Notes: a model not told the origin generated them from the letters alone. Counted from the first letter of the stretch, positions 1-14,269 are shown. The stretch: DNA of 64,000 nucleotides from Geosiphon pyriformis uo1 (GCA_016748015.1 JAAOMT010000764.1:8336-72335), one strand, 5' to 3'. A program made the numbers and translations.

Positions 1-1299
1 TGTCGAAGAGATTGAAATTGAACTTTTTTTTGAAAAAACAGGGAGATATGAGAATCAATCTCAATCTTTGAAATAATTCGAAAATATTGAGATACCAAAG
101 AGTAGAGATATCCCATTTTTATAAGTTCAAAAAAATTCATCTTTTGTTTTGCACGTTTTCAAAGATAATAGACGAATCGGGCATTAAAAGAATTCATGAC
201 GGGCATCCTCTTATTGAGAACAACAGTTTTACCATAAGGGGAAAAATTCGATGAAATGTACTTGTGTCTCGTTAATGAATAAGAAGTGATGCATATTATT
301 CAATCTGTGCAAGAAGGGAATTATTAATTTAATTGCATCTGTGATATCTTGTTGAAAGATATCTCCGTGGCTTGAAAATTTTTTTCAAAGGCTATAATAA
401 ATTTCCGCGACCAAATTAAGGATTCCAAATGAAATCAACAAAGCGTTCATTGAAAAATATTTATTGAAAAATATTTATTTGAATTATATTATTAGAGAAA
501 TTTAGAAAACAGGAATGTATCTGAAAGTATTAGGATCATTTAGGAAATAAACGGGATATTGATTTTCAAAGTGATTTTAATCTTTTGCAATATATGTATA
601 TTATATTATATGATATTATTATAATTTTTTTTAAATAAAACCCATCTCAAACAGAATTATTTCATTTGATATTTTTGATACTTGAAAAATGCGATTTCTA
701 AAATATAGTTTTACACTTAAATAGAAATAGTGAACTATAAAAATATTCGCACTGTAGCTTTAATTTACGAAACAAGATTCCAATTTTTGATTTTTAAAAA
801 TTTTAGTCTAAAAAACTTCACTTTATTTTGAAAACCTTATAAAAGTGTTGAAAGAATCCGGGATATCTTATGAATAATTTGGAAATACTTTTAACAAAGA
901 CACATATTACAAGTACCAGTGACTCACAAAAGAGCACAAAAAATTCATATGAAAAATTAGACTTTTGAAAAAATAATTTAATTGTTAATAATTGTAAGTT
1001 TTTTTCATTGAACATTAGGTTTCATTGAACAGATTTCAAAAAGAAACTTTGAAAATAAATTTAATATTAGTAAAAACTTGATGATTATAAAACTTAAAGA
1101 TCATTTATTCTTTTAAGTATCAGTATCAAAAACTAGTCAAGTATAAGTTCAATTTTTTTATATAATTTGCAAAATTTTTTATAAATTATTTTATCCAAAA
1201 TAAATTAAAATTCTGCAAATGTCTATTAATTGCATTTTAAAGTTATTTTATTTAATTGTATTTAAATTATTGTTTTATTTGAAAAATTCACATTAATTA

Positions 1300-4200
1300 T
1301 AACAGTATATGTGTTTAAAAAATTTATTACATTTTGTTGTGTCTTAAGCTTTAATATATTTTATTGTTAATTAAAATTTGAATTAATTATTAATGTAAAG
1401 TTAAATTTTTATTTTTATTTGCAAAAATTAGAGTGGTTTAATCACTATTTAATGTTATAAAACATCCATATTATAAATTATAAATAATTTATGTTCTTGT
1501 TATATGTAATTAGTTATTTAAGCTAATTAAAGTTATATTATATTCTTATAATTAAACTTTTTTTGTCTACAATATCAGATAAGTAAAAACCAATAAGCAA
1601 AAGTTCAGAAATCAAGTAATTATCCATATTTAGTCCTAAATAATACAAAATATCCTTAGCAAAGTTATTATTATGTATCTTTTTTTATTATAAACATAAA
1701 AATATTTATTTATATTAATAATTACAGATATTATTGTTAATTAATCTCATTTTTTTATATTTAATCTTCAATTTGTATTAAAAACCTAAATAATTAATTG
1801 TTAAATTATAAACAAAATTCACAATATTGTTAAAAGTTAAACTAAAAAATAAAAACTTTTTTACAAATTCAGTAAATTAAATTTTAAATATTATATTCTT
1901 GGCTATTATTATGTAAATATTATTATTATTTTTAATATATTATAATAACTATAAAACTAAAAAAAACCCACAAAAACATTTGGCAAAAATATTTATTTGT
2001 ATACATATTTATTAAAGATAAATTTTTTTTTGCCAAATTAAATGTATACAAAATACATATAATCCAAATTTTTTTTCTTATTATATTTAATATAGTTAAT
2101 ATTAATTTAGTCTTTGTTTTAAAAATTTAAAAAAAATTTAATTAATTTAGTTTTATAAAAGTTTAAAGTTATTTAATTATTAAAATATATTTTAACATAA
2201 CTAAAATTAAATATATACTATAAAATTAAGACAATAATCTGAAGTTTAATTGAATTTAATAATAAAACACCATAAATATTTATATTTATATTTAAACTTA
2301 AGCCAAAAAAATACAATAATATTATTAATTATGTTATTAAAACTAATTTTCTTAAAAAATTATTTAAATATATAAACACAATTAATATATTTATTTTTTT
2401 AATTTGTAAATATAAAAATAATTAAAAGTATTAAAACATTTAGAATTGCTTATAATTTTAGATTGTAATTTTATTTAAATTTAATTTAATTCAACATATT
2501 CTATTAAATATTCAATAATTAAAATAAATTAATTAAAATTTTGTCTTTTAAAATCTAATTTTTTCTAATAACAAAAAATTTTTTATATTTATACAGAATT
2601 TTAATAATTTTGACCAAATAATTTTACATTAAATTAACTTATAATTTAAAATAAAAATAAATTCTCAAATTATTATTTTAATATTTGCAAATTTAATAAA
2701 TAATCTATTTAAAATATTATTATTAAAAAAAATTTATTATAAATATAATTTTATTTTTAGTTTGTAATTGCTTAAATGTTTTAAAATTATATAACAAAAA
2801 ATAATAAATAGTTTTATTTAAATTAAATCTAATTATTTTATTAATTAAAAAAAAAATTTTAAATATTAATTAAAGTATATTACAAAAATAAACATATTAT
2901 AAATAAAAAAAACATATTCTTAATTTTGTATTTAATTAAAATTACTACTGTTTTGTTATTATTTATAGCTATATTATTTAAACAAAAAATTTACTTACAA
3001 TATTTAAAATATTTATATAATTATATAGCTATTATTAATATAAATATATTCATAAAAAATGTTTTTTAAAACAGAAAAATTGTTATTATAAAAAATTTTA
3101 TTATTTTTACAAGCTTTAAAAATTTTATTTAACAAAATTTTTAATAAATTATTAGAATTATAAGTTTTGTGTATTATTAGAATATTATTTAATTATAAAA
3201 TTTAAAAATTATTGAAATTTAAGCTTTTTTTAAAAGTTTAAAATTTTTATTATTATTATACATAAATTTAAAAGATTTAATAACAATTTTAAAACTTATT
3301 TAGAACTTAACTATTTTTTAAATAAATTTTTTACAATATCGAACAGTTTATTATAACTAATATATTTTACAATACAGAAAAAACAATTATTATTTATATG
3401 GTTTAAAGTTTATATTAATATTTTTAAACAATAAAAATATTTTTACAAACTAAATATTTGTATATTTAATTTTTTATAATAATATTTATTTTAAATTTAA
3501 TAGCTTTAAAATTTAAAAAAATATTACTTTTAACAATTAAGTAATTTAAAATAACTTTTTTAAAAAGATATGTTAATATTTTTTTAAATATACAATTTTT
3601 ATTAATTGTAAAATTCTTAATATGTTTGTTTATATATACTTAAATTCTAAATTTTTTAATTGTTTTAACTTTATTTATCTTAGAATTATAATAAAACTTT
3701 TTAATAATTAAACAAAAACAGATTTAAGTTTGTAAAATAATTATAAATATTTAACAAAATCTGAAATTTATTGGTCTTTAAAAAAAACCAAAAATTACTA
3801 AATAAGTATTATTTTGTATTTTTTAATAAAATTATGCTAAACAAAAGTTTTTAAGATCTTTGAAACAAATTTTTTTAAAAACCTAAAAATATTTTATTAA
3901 TTATTTTATTGAATTTGCGAAATTTTGTTTTTATAAATATTTTATATAATATTCAGATTAATAATAGCTTTGGCTTTTTTAAAAACCCAATATGTAATCC
4001 AAAATTAAATTTCTAAATTATTTTATCAATCTTGTTAAATTTATATTTTTAACAATTTTTATTGGTCTGTTTTTAAGTTATGTTAACTTAAATATTTAAA
4101 AAACCATTTAAATTAAGCTTAATTAAAATTAAACAATAATTTATATTAAAATATTTCTTTATTTTATTAATTTTTTAATTGACCAAAATATTAAACAAAT

Positions 4201-4900
4201 TTTTATTGGTTAAAACAAATTTTAATATTTTTAAAATTGTATTATGTAAAAATATTTATTAAAAAACTTTTATTAAAAAAGTTATATAGATTTAAATTCA
4301 AAATTAGAACTGTATTTTGTGTTATTTTTATTGAAATTATTTTTTATTATTACAAAAGTATTTTTATTAATTATAACTGCTTAAAAAACTTTTTTTCAAT
4401 AAAAATTTTTACATAAAATAATTTGTTTTTAAACAAAAATTTAATAACTAAAAACCTATTAAAAATTTCAAAAATCTTAAAAAAATATTTAATCATATTA
4501 TTGTTAACAATTATTATTATTTCAGAGTTTTTAAAATCCGAATTTTTTTTAAATTTATATATAATTTAAAGACTAACTTCTTTTTTAATTTAGTTTTTAT
4601 TATAATTAAAATAATCTTACCGGATTTTTTATGTTATTTTATTATATTAATTTATTTAACATAATTATTTATTTTTTTTTATATTAAAATAATAATTTTT
4701 AAATATGTTTAATTATTGCAATATGAATTAAAATTATATATATATATATTATTAAGTTTATAAATATTATTATTAAATTTTTAATGTTTTTTTTTCAATT
4801 TTTTTATTGTTTTATTCTTTTTTAATTTACTTTATAAAATTAACAAAGCTGTATTTTAATTCAATAATACATAAATTAAAAAATTTTAAAATTAATAAAA
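1300..4900 (+). mobile_element. Helitron-like Rep/PIF1 helicase relic, heavily C>T/G>A mutated (boundaries approximate)
   Basis: Motifs recovered in the correct order by reversing transitions: aca tat aat cca aat=TCNP (2055-2069); weak EF..TP.HLH (2252-2288); aat aca gaa aaa aca=GTGKT (3371-3385); att ttt aca aac=APTG (3439-3450); att tat ttt=IHS (3484-3492); LIV(D)EFSM (~3602-3622); DLWNKF (3855-3872); LLNLR (3906-3920); taa aga cta act=QGLT (4567-4578); tat gtt att tta tta tat=YVALSR (4630-4647). Confidence 0.7.
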
Positions 4901-6950
4901 AAAGTTTTACACTTAAAAAAAACTATTACCAATTAAAAATTTAATTTAATTAATAATAACTGAATTTTAGTAATTTGTATTCATATTTTTTACTAAAAAA
5001 AATAAAATAATTAATAAAAACTTGTTTTTTAGCATATCTATATAGACTAATTATTATTTATTAAACTTAAATAATTTTTTTTAATAGATTTTTGAATTTT
5101 ATATTGAAATTATATTTTAATATTATATAACGAAAATAATTATACTTAACATAAAAAGGCAAAATTAATATAATTTAACATAAATTTATATTATTAAAAA
5201 CTAAAATTGTGTTAAAAACATTTTAAAAATTTTTTAAATTTAAAATAAATAGTAATATATCTAATTTAATTATATAAATTTTTTCATTATAAAAATTCAA
5301 AAATACCAAAAATTATGTGTAATTATACTTATTAGTAAAAAATACAATAAAGCTTAATGTTTATTTTTTTTATAATTTCTTATTAATATTAGTTTAAACA
5401 ATATATACACAATTTTTTTATAAATACAAATTATTTAAAATCAATTACACAATTTTTAAATAAATAAATTCAATTATGACTTTTTATTATAATCTAATAA
5501 ACTATATTTTATTAATATTACTTGATTAAACTTAGAAAAAAAAATTTTATAACTATTTTAAAAATATTAATAAAATTTTTTTTAATAATTTTTTTTTAAT
5601 TTGTATAAATATTTAAAAAATACTATTTTTTATAGTTAATGTTTTAAGTTTTTTTAAATATATATATAAATTTTAAATTTTAAAAAAATAAAAAACTGGT
5701 CTTGATATTTTTTAAAGTTAAATCTATAGAACCATTAAAAATTTTTTAGTTTTACTTAAAATAAAGCTTATTTTTTTTATTAAAGATTCTTTTTTTTTAG
5801 TATTAGAGTTTATACACTAATTATTATGAAAACTAGTTACTTTATTGCTTTAAATAATAGGCTTTTTTATAAACATATTAGTATTAGTTTTAATTAGTAT
5901 AATTTTATTAACTAATTTCTTTAAAAATAAAACCTTAATGCCAAAATTCTTAATATTTTTATTTGATTTAACAAACTTATATTTAGTAATGCCTTTTTTA
6001 TATCGGAATAAATTTTTTTCTGTTTTTTCAAATATAACTTTAATAATATTATCTATTTTTAATTTAAAATATATTAAAAAAAATAGCTTAAAAGATAAAC
6101 TAAATATAAAAAAAAGTATAAAATATTTTTTGGATTATTTTTTTGCTTTTTTTATAGTTTAAAAATTAACAAGAGAAAGAGTTTTTTAAAATATTAATAG
6201 CTATATATAAAGTTTATATTTATTATATTTTTAATTTAAAGCTTTTTATAAAATTACATAAATAATTATAACCAAAAAAAAACTTTCCATTTGTTAAACT
6301 TTTATTTATTTAAGTTTTTTAAATTGTAAATAATTTTAAAAATTTAAATAAAAAATTAAATTTTTTTTTAAAAAATAATTATTTATTAATAAATTTTATT
6401 TTTTGCTTAAATTTAATTATTTAATTTTTACCTTAAATATTATTATTGAAATAACATTTTAAACAATAACAAAAGTCAAAAAAAGTAAATTATAAAAAAG
6501 TGTTATTGTTGTTTTTGATTTTCATGGTTTTTTATAAATAAGTTTCATTATACTTATGGTGAATTTACATTCATTATTATTTTGTAAAAAAAATGGGTAA
6601 ACCAAAAATAGTAAAAATATTAAGCAAAAATACAGTTAGATTTATAGTTTTTAGAAAAGTAATAACAATCAAAAAATTTTAATTTAAATATAAGAAGTTA
6701 ATTATTAAAATTAAATAAAAATCAATTGGCCAAAAAAACTTTTTACAATAATTAAAAACTAGTTTTTTAAACAAATATAAACATGTATTATTTAACAAAA
6801 CTTTTTATTTTATTTTATTTTATTTTGTTTTACATTATTAAAATTAATATAAATTTTAAAAATTTGTTTAATTATAAATAAATTTTAAATTTAATCTTAA
6901 TGCTTAATTTTCAAATGGTTGCAACTCCAATTTAAATAAATACAATTAGT
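4900..6950. repeat. Extremely AT-rich, CpG-depleted block, probably decayed transposon DNA (family not decoded)
   Basis: Same composition as the decoded relics; no motif confidently recovered. Confidence 0.45.
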
Positions 6951-8440
6951 TGTAATCCGTAAAATGCTTATTTATTACATTTGCAATTTTCATTTTTAGT
7001 AATAATATAATATAATATTTTTTAAAGCCACAAATTTTTGATTTTCTCAGTGTGACAATATTAAGATTTAATGTTAGATAAGTGCGAATCCAAATTCTAA
7101 TTAAAATTTAGAAGCTTAAAAATTCAATTAGAATTTTTGTGTTTATTACTTCCAGATTTAACTATTGACACAATGATTCTGCTCTGTTTAAAGTTTAAAC
7201 AAGGTTTTCAACAATTTTGTCTCCTTTCAGACCAAATAACTTGTATTTAATTTTTAATGGGGATAACTTAATATTTTACAGTTTTTTTGTATAAACTTCA
7301 AAATAATCAATTTTTTTTTAAAACACATAGCATATATTTTAAAAATTTATTTTTTCGACTTGAATGGCAGTTAAATATTTTACAGTTAAATTAATTGAAT
7401 AGCATATTTCAATGTAATAGTTTTGAAATAATCCATCATTAAAGCTTCCAATATCTTCTTTATTTTTGAACATTTGTATAACCAAAGATATTCTTAAATC
7501 TTTTCGCACAGCAACTTGTTGGATCAAATATTCTTCCTTGTAAAGAGCATTAATACGAAAACGTTTCTCGGGTGAAATTTGAGGCATTGAGATTTTAAGA
7601 ATACCCTTATTAGTACCAAGTTGTAAGAAACAATTGTCATGTATAGTTGCCTTAATTAGTCCCGAAGTCTCATGTTCGAAATATACATAAAAATTTATAC
7701 CAGAACCATTATAAAATAATTTATTTTTAAGTTTAGACAATTAAAATAAGACTCCTTTTTTTTGTTTACAACCCTTAAATAAAAAATAATTCGAAATTCT
7801 AAATTTTTTACGGTATTCGTTTCTTCTATGGGCCACTGTATCTAATGGATTCGAGTTTGGGTTTTTGGAATACTTCAAACCGTCCCAGTTTATAGAACTT
7901 TTGGGAAGAAAATTTGGTTCATTTTAATTGGTTGAATCTTGTTATTGGCTTTTATCTCTTTACCAGAAAAAGTATCACTTAGAACCAATTATTAATACAG
8001 CCAATTATGAATTAAAAATTCAAATGCTAATATTCTATTAGGGGTTTCATTTTTTATAAGTAAAGACAGGGACCTAATATTAATTAAATATTTAATATAA
8101 AATGTATTGAATGATTTAGTAAAGCTTGAATCAAAAAATATTAGCGTTCTTTAATTTTTTCTCAAGGCGCCCAAATTCAAACGATAATTAACACTATGAA
8201 CCCTCCTTTTATTCCCCGTAAGCATTTTTATTAATCATCAATTTGAAACGGTCTTATGAACATATCAGCGCCAATTTAAAACCCACACACAAAATGTTCA
8301 TAGTAACAATTATTTAAACTTTTTTATTAATATAAATTAAATATCTCTTTTTCTAAAAAAAAAACTTTTCAACACCTCAAACCTCCACTCCTTCTACTCT
8401 CTTCCTCTCCTTTTTCCTCGCACGAACGACCAGCCAGCCT

Positions 8441-11400
8441 TCAAATGGAGGTGGTGATACCACTCCGACCTGCCAGGGACCTCCACTTTCGTTGCGGGTC
8501 GTTCGGCAGAGGGAACAACTCCTCCTTTCCCCGAGAAGACCCACTTGAGGAAAATATTTTCGGCCGGTACTCGGGGAGTTCCTCCATTACACTTTTATTT
8601 TAGGAAAATGAAATATACATCATTTTTTCGGAATTAAATATATATGCCTCAAACTATGTTTACCTGCTGTTTCTAAACTTCTCTACCAACGCCACCTTGC
8701 CTTGAATGTTGGCATAGGCAAGTTCACACACCTTGTCAGAATTGAAACGACTCCATCGCTTCCCAACACGAGTTTTAGCAAATGACAGAACAGCACTTAT
8801 ATAGCATAATAAAGAAATAAAAATTCAATATGTTTTTAAAAAGATATAAATGAATTCACGTTGTACTTACTTAGCATCCACAAAATTAATGAATGCATAT
8901 CCGACATTGCAGCGATTTTTGAAATCCATTCTCAAATACACAAAGTCATATTGACCTTTATGTGTTTCGTCAAGAGTTTCCAACAACATACGCTGATATT
9001 AAAAAGACAACCGTTTTAGTATAAGTGAAAATATCTCGTGTTATGAAATTGAGAGTAGTCATCTACCTGAGTGTATTTGTTGGGAATGTTTCTAATCATA
9101 AAAGTCGTGCGTTGATCCTCCCCTTTGGCAAATTGATGAGCCAGTTTTAGCTTGGGATGTTTCTGAAAAGTTTGTATCTTAGAGTAGCTTACCAGTGCTG
9201 ATCTTTTCCAAGTCAAGTGTGTTCTTAGCAGGAATAGTCCTATCACCAGATGTAACGACTGTGCTGTTATTAGGGCCTGTTAGTCTTTTACTTGCACGGC
9301 CATTGGTTCTCGTGCTGCTATCTTCGTCTTCGACTTGCTTGATTGAGTCGGTTCTTGTTGATATATTCAGAAAAATTTTCGTTTCCTCGGAATTACTATC
9401 GGATTCAGAGGAAAAAGATACGCGCGAGTTTTCCGAACTGACCCCAATTTGTTGAGCTGATCCAGCGAAGGAGTTTTTGAGATCAGCGCCCCGAACATTT
9501 TGTGAATAAAATAATTCTCTTGACTGAAAATTTTTTGAGCTTTTACGTATTTCATTGTTGGGTGAATCGGCCGAGCTATTCAAAGACAATGAAGCATCAT
9601 AGGAATGGTCTGAGATGACCCGATCATTAACTTTCTGATCCTTCTTTTCAAGAAATTTGTTCAACATCTGCCAAGAGCATATGCCATGATTGTAATAATC
9701 AAGTTGAAATGCTGCGTTCTAAAATTAAAAAAAGTTATTATGCGATTTCACAAAACATCATGACAGCCTTGATATAAATTTACCCATATGATCTTCCCGT
9801 TTAGGATTTCTTTGGCACAAAATGCATCACGGGTATCATAATATTCAATCAAAATCATTTGTTTATTTTCCTCTGTTAGTTTTTTGAACGCACGGATATC
9901 CCCATATAACTCGAATTCCTTCTGCGTAATGGAGAGAGAAAATTTAATAAAAAAATGTATAACCTAGGTAGCTGCACTAATCATGATGCAGGCTAAAATT
10001 TAATTTTACCATTATGCTGGACTCCCCGAGCATTTGGCCCAAAGGTTTCAGTATTAAAACTCCTTCGTTATCCCATTCCCAAGATTCGGAGTCATCTTGC
10101 CTCGAAGTCTGACCACAATTGATTTAACCAAATACCGAATACCATGACAACTATTTAATTATTTTTTTAATTACCTGTTTGGAAAAGGGTCTTGCACAAA
10201 ACTGAACGACAAGACGTTTCCCGTAGATAGATTGACCTTGAAGCTGACGATGAGCTTTCATTGCATCTCGAATGTCGTAAAAAACAACATAGATAAAGCC
10301 GTGGGTGGCTAAGAATTTGACAAATATGTCATTGACGTCTCCTTGCGCCTGGGATTGGAAGGTGTAAATAAAATAAAATAAAATTTAGGGATTCGCATCC
10401 TAATAAATATCACAGGAATTCAAAATTTCAGAACCAATTTACCTGAATAATTTGAGAAAGAGTCCAAATATTGATATCTTTCGGCAAATTTCCAACGCAT
10501 AACCATCGGGATGGAGCTCCACCCCAAAAGTTGCCAAATTTTGATGGAGCGGAAAGAACCGAGGCTTGCCCTCTTGAAAATTCTGAATGATGGGGTGGCA
10601 ATGGGAATTGAGATCCGTAATAATATTTATTTTGGTTTTGATGGGCGCCAGGCTGGAAATAAAGTACTCCATTGCTCTCTTGAGCAACCGATAGCTGTTG
10701 TTCCTTAGAACGTTCTTCTTTAAGGGAGAAAAAATGATGCGCAAGGTTGCACAAGGTGTCTTCGTCCAATACTTTGCTCGATCTCTCGGATGAGTTAGAG
10801 TTTCGATTAGGACTTCCAGGCGGAGTAAGGATGTCTAAAATAAATTTGGCTTCCTCGGAAAAAGGACAAGCCTTGAAATTTTTATCTGTTTCAATGTTGA
10901 AAGAAGCGGCAGCAGATTTATCCTCTAAAAAAGGGTCAAAAGATTTTGATTTTTCATAATTTGGGGGAGTAATGCGCCCATGCCACGGTGGGGCAATTGG
11001 GTCAAGATGTTTAACCGTAGAAATTGATTTAGAAGCCGAGTATTTAGAAGCATTGAAAGGTAGAATAGAAGAAAAAGTCGAAGCCGAATTTTTAAAGCTA
11101 TGATCGTAGGATGGTTTTGGAGTTGAAACAAATGCTGAATTTTCAATGGGGTTCGTAAAATTGGGTGCATACTTGGCACCGAGTATGAATTGATCGTATA
11201 TTATAGCCGGGACATTTTTATTGGACTTGGGAGTATCAACCGAATGAACAATATCGAATTTTTGTTCAAGAGCCGAATGATCATCCGAAGTCCTTAAATA
11301 CTGGGGACTATAAGCCTTGGAGCTCGGGGGGATTATAGGGATCACACCAATCGACTCTAATAAAGATCAACATACATAGGATTTAAGGTAATTAGTCATG

Positions 11401-11700
11401 GAAAAGGAAGTGAAAGATGAATTCATTTTTGAAAACTTACCTTTTGTTTCTTTGATGAGAGGTGGGATAAGTCATGTTTAAAGTAAGAAAGAATTGACAT
11501 TATATTTTAATTATAATTTAAAAAAGAATAAGGTTTTGAAATTTATATTAGTTAATTATTTTACCAGACATCAATTTTGAGTTGCCCTCATGATTAATCG
11601 AAGATGCCTCAGAGTTTTCTGCGGAATCATTTCCCAATAATTGTGGAGAAATTTCTTCTTGCGACAAGAAGCCTGAGAACTGGTTTAAAACATTTGACAT
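8441..11700 (-). CDS. mei2: Mei2-like RNA-binding protein (RRM1, RRM2, C-terminal Mei2-type RRM3), multi-exon
   Basis: Spliced translation: SRWLCVGNLP..GFIYVVFYDIRDA (RRM1); FELYGDIR..IEYYDTRDA (RRM2); LDLEKISTGEDQRTTFMIRNIPNKYTQ..YDFVYLRMDFKNRCNVGYAFINF..WSRFNSDKVCELAYANIQGKVALVEKFRNSSVM..YRPKIF (Mei2 RRM3 signature). Stop TGA at 8443-8441; start ATG at 11700 is inferred. Confidence 0.93.
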
Positions 11701-12319
11701 TTTATTGTTTTTAATACCTGTAATATTAATAAATTTAAAATGTAATTTGGTCAAATAAAGAGAAATCGCGCTCATATATATTAAACATTAGTGACGTGAC
11801 GTCACCTACAGGAGACGAACCTTTTTACAGAAGATACAGTAGACTTTAGAAGACCCTTTCGAGTAATCTATAATTGAAGTTGTAAGTGAAATAAAAGAGA
11901 CGAAGAGAGGAAAGTTAGTTCATTATGAAAGAAAGGCTTAGTCTAGGATAGGAATGATATGAGGCGTAGTAAGAAGTCAAAAAGAAAGGGATTAATTGAA
12001 AATGAAATATCGAAATATTAAAGTGAAGGTGGGAGGTGTCTTGACAAGTGGTTAATTTTGTAAAATTTTTAGAAAAGCATAAAAAAAACTAAAAGTAATG
12101 AGGAATAGGAAAGAAATGCAAAGGGTTTAAATTTGTTTTCACAAAACGCAACGCGTTAAATTCCATAGCGGTTAAAAACTAGTTCTTAAAAACTAAGAAA
12201 AATTTCTATTTTAATTGGAGGAGGAAAAAGCAGAAGGAAAAATGCATAACCTGTGATGGTGTGTTAGTGTCAATAGAAGAAGCGACAATAAATAATTTCA
12301 GGAGAGAAGGGTTTGGTTC

Positions 12320-12327
12320 TTTATATA
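12320..12327 (-). promoter_or_regulatory. Candidate TATA box (TATATAAA) upstream of the mei2-like gene
   Basis: TATATAAA on the minus strand, followed by a pyrimidine-rich leader, about 620 nt before the ATG; motif match only. Confidence 0.3.
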
Positions 12328-13199
12328 AGTTGAATGATTAATTGAAAGTGGGGTCATAGGTCAACTTAAATTTGAGGGGAGGGTGTGACTTCAGCATATA
12401 TTCACCGCAGTTTTTCCTATTGTTCATAAGGAAAATACCCCTACTCTTTAACTTTCTGATCTGTTTGTGACTAAGATTTTGATTTTTATCTGTGATCATT
12501 AGTTTAACTAAATTGATAAATCGATGATATATTAAATTTTCTAAAATGTTTTATTAATTAAACTTTTTTAATTGATTGATTATTAGTTTTCTTTTTCGGT
12601 AAGATGATTCCGGAGATTTATATGTAGTAATCAGAATTCTTAAAATTTGGGTCTACTAATAATAAAAAATTGATTATCAAAGATTAGCTTTTGAATTGCA
12701 GGATTTTTTTTGATTAGAAAGTTGATAGCAAAGAGAATTCATTATTATTATTATTATTATTATTTCTCTTCGTTTTCATTTTCGTTTTCGTTGTTTTCCT
12801 TTTCGCTTCGCTTCAAAAATAAAGAATTTCGAGGATATGTCGTACAACAGATGTCAAAAAACATTAATTTTTGATAAATAGAAGATCTTTCCCATAAAAT
12901 GGGGCCTGAATCTTGATAATCACCATGTGCCATTAAATATACATGCATCAACTTTATTTTCCCGTAGTTAAATGCATTACCGATCAGTCGGATCTGAAAA
13001 TTAATCTGGTAAAAATTTCATCATTGTTCACATCAATCAATCATTGTGGAGAATTTTCATTTCGCGATTAACCGGAACCTTTTAAATATAAGTTCGATTG
13101 GATAGATTTTGAAAGTTATATAAAATTCTTAATTCGGGTAAGTTTTTTAAAAAATTAATAGAAAACAAGGAAAAATATTTATCAAATCATCAGGAAAAT

Positions 13200-14200
13200 A
13201 TATTGAAATGAAACCAAATAATAGTTGTTTTTATTCCACGGTATTATTTATTAAGATAAAAATTAATTTTTTTTATTTGTTAAATTCTAAAAGTATTATA
13301 TAAATATTTGAATGAATAAATGAATAAATGAATAAATAAATGTTTTGTTACATTTAATCATTCAGTCTGTTTTTTCAAGAAAATATTAAAATAATATTTT
13401 TTATTAAACATTTATATCAATAATTATTTATTATTTATCTATTAATTAAAAAATTAAAAATCTGTATTAATTTTTTAATTATTTAATTCATTAAAAAAAA
13501 ATATCTTTTTTGCTTAAATAATTGATTACAATTAAAGTTAATTTTTTAAGCCCAAGTTAATATAAAAATTTTACAAATTAATAAATTATTTTATTTGTAA
13601 AAAGACAATATTTAATAAATAAAACTTGTATAAAATTATAATAATAGTTGTGTTATTATTTTTTATTAACAATTAACAATTAAAAATTAAAAATTAATAT
13701 TTTGAAACTAATTTTCTTTATTAAATAATTTACATATGAAAATTTTTTTTTGTTATTTTAATTCTTATTTAATTTTATTACTATTAATTATTTTTAATTT
13801 TTGAAATTTTATTTTAATAAATAATAAATATATTAAAAAAATATTTAGAAACAATATTTGAATTTTAAATATATTTTAAAAATTAAAACTCAAAATATAT
13901 TTCAAATAAATAATTAAAATAAACAGTATTAATTTAAATTAAAACTCCGAAATTTTGAATTGGTTAAATTATAAATATTTATGTTATATCAATATTTTTT
14001 CAAAAAAAAATTATTATTCTATACTATATATATATATATTAAAATTAACAAAAATTTTAATTAATGATAAGTTGTAACCTTAATTAAAATTTTTATTACA
14101 CATATATTATTTTTAACCAAAATATACTAATTTACACAATTTTTTAAATTTTAAAAATAAACTCAATTGAATTAATATTTCACTTTAAAATTTCATTAAA
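13200..14200. repeat. Extremely AT-rich block, probable decayed repeat
   Basis: Composition only. Confidence 0.4.
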
Positions 14201-14269
14201 CATTTTTGTTTTTATGTTATAATGACCTTTCTATAAATGAATGCACCTTTAAAAAAAACTTAAAGCTAC

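Noticed and set aside
1-560. Coding-like but stop-ridden stretch with faint lipase resemblance (similar hints at ~16.7 and ~22.4 kb)
   Set aside because: Motif echoes too short and not convincingly colinear.
1100-7000. Mitochondrial insertion or AT-rich endobacterial DNA
   Set aside because: No ORFs or organellar/bacterial genes; the sequence decodes instead as transition-mutated transposon.
8369-8443. Possible stop readthrough in mei2 (LAGRS recurs after the TGA; 23 more open codons)
   Set aside because: TGA-A is not a leaky context, and a short purine-rich open frame is expected by chance.
9195-11179. Overlapping antisense or alternative-frame ORFs within mei2 (and similar ones in the amylase, SLC41 and lipase genes)
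   Set aside because: Shadows of the real coding strand with no independent motifs.
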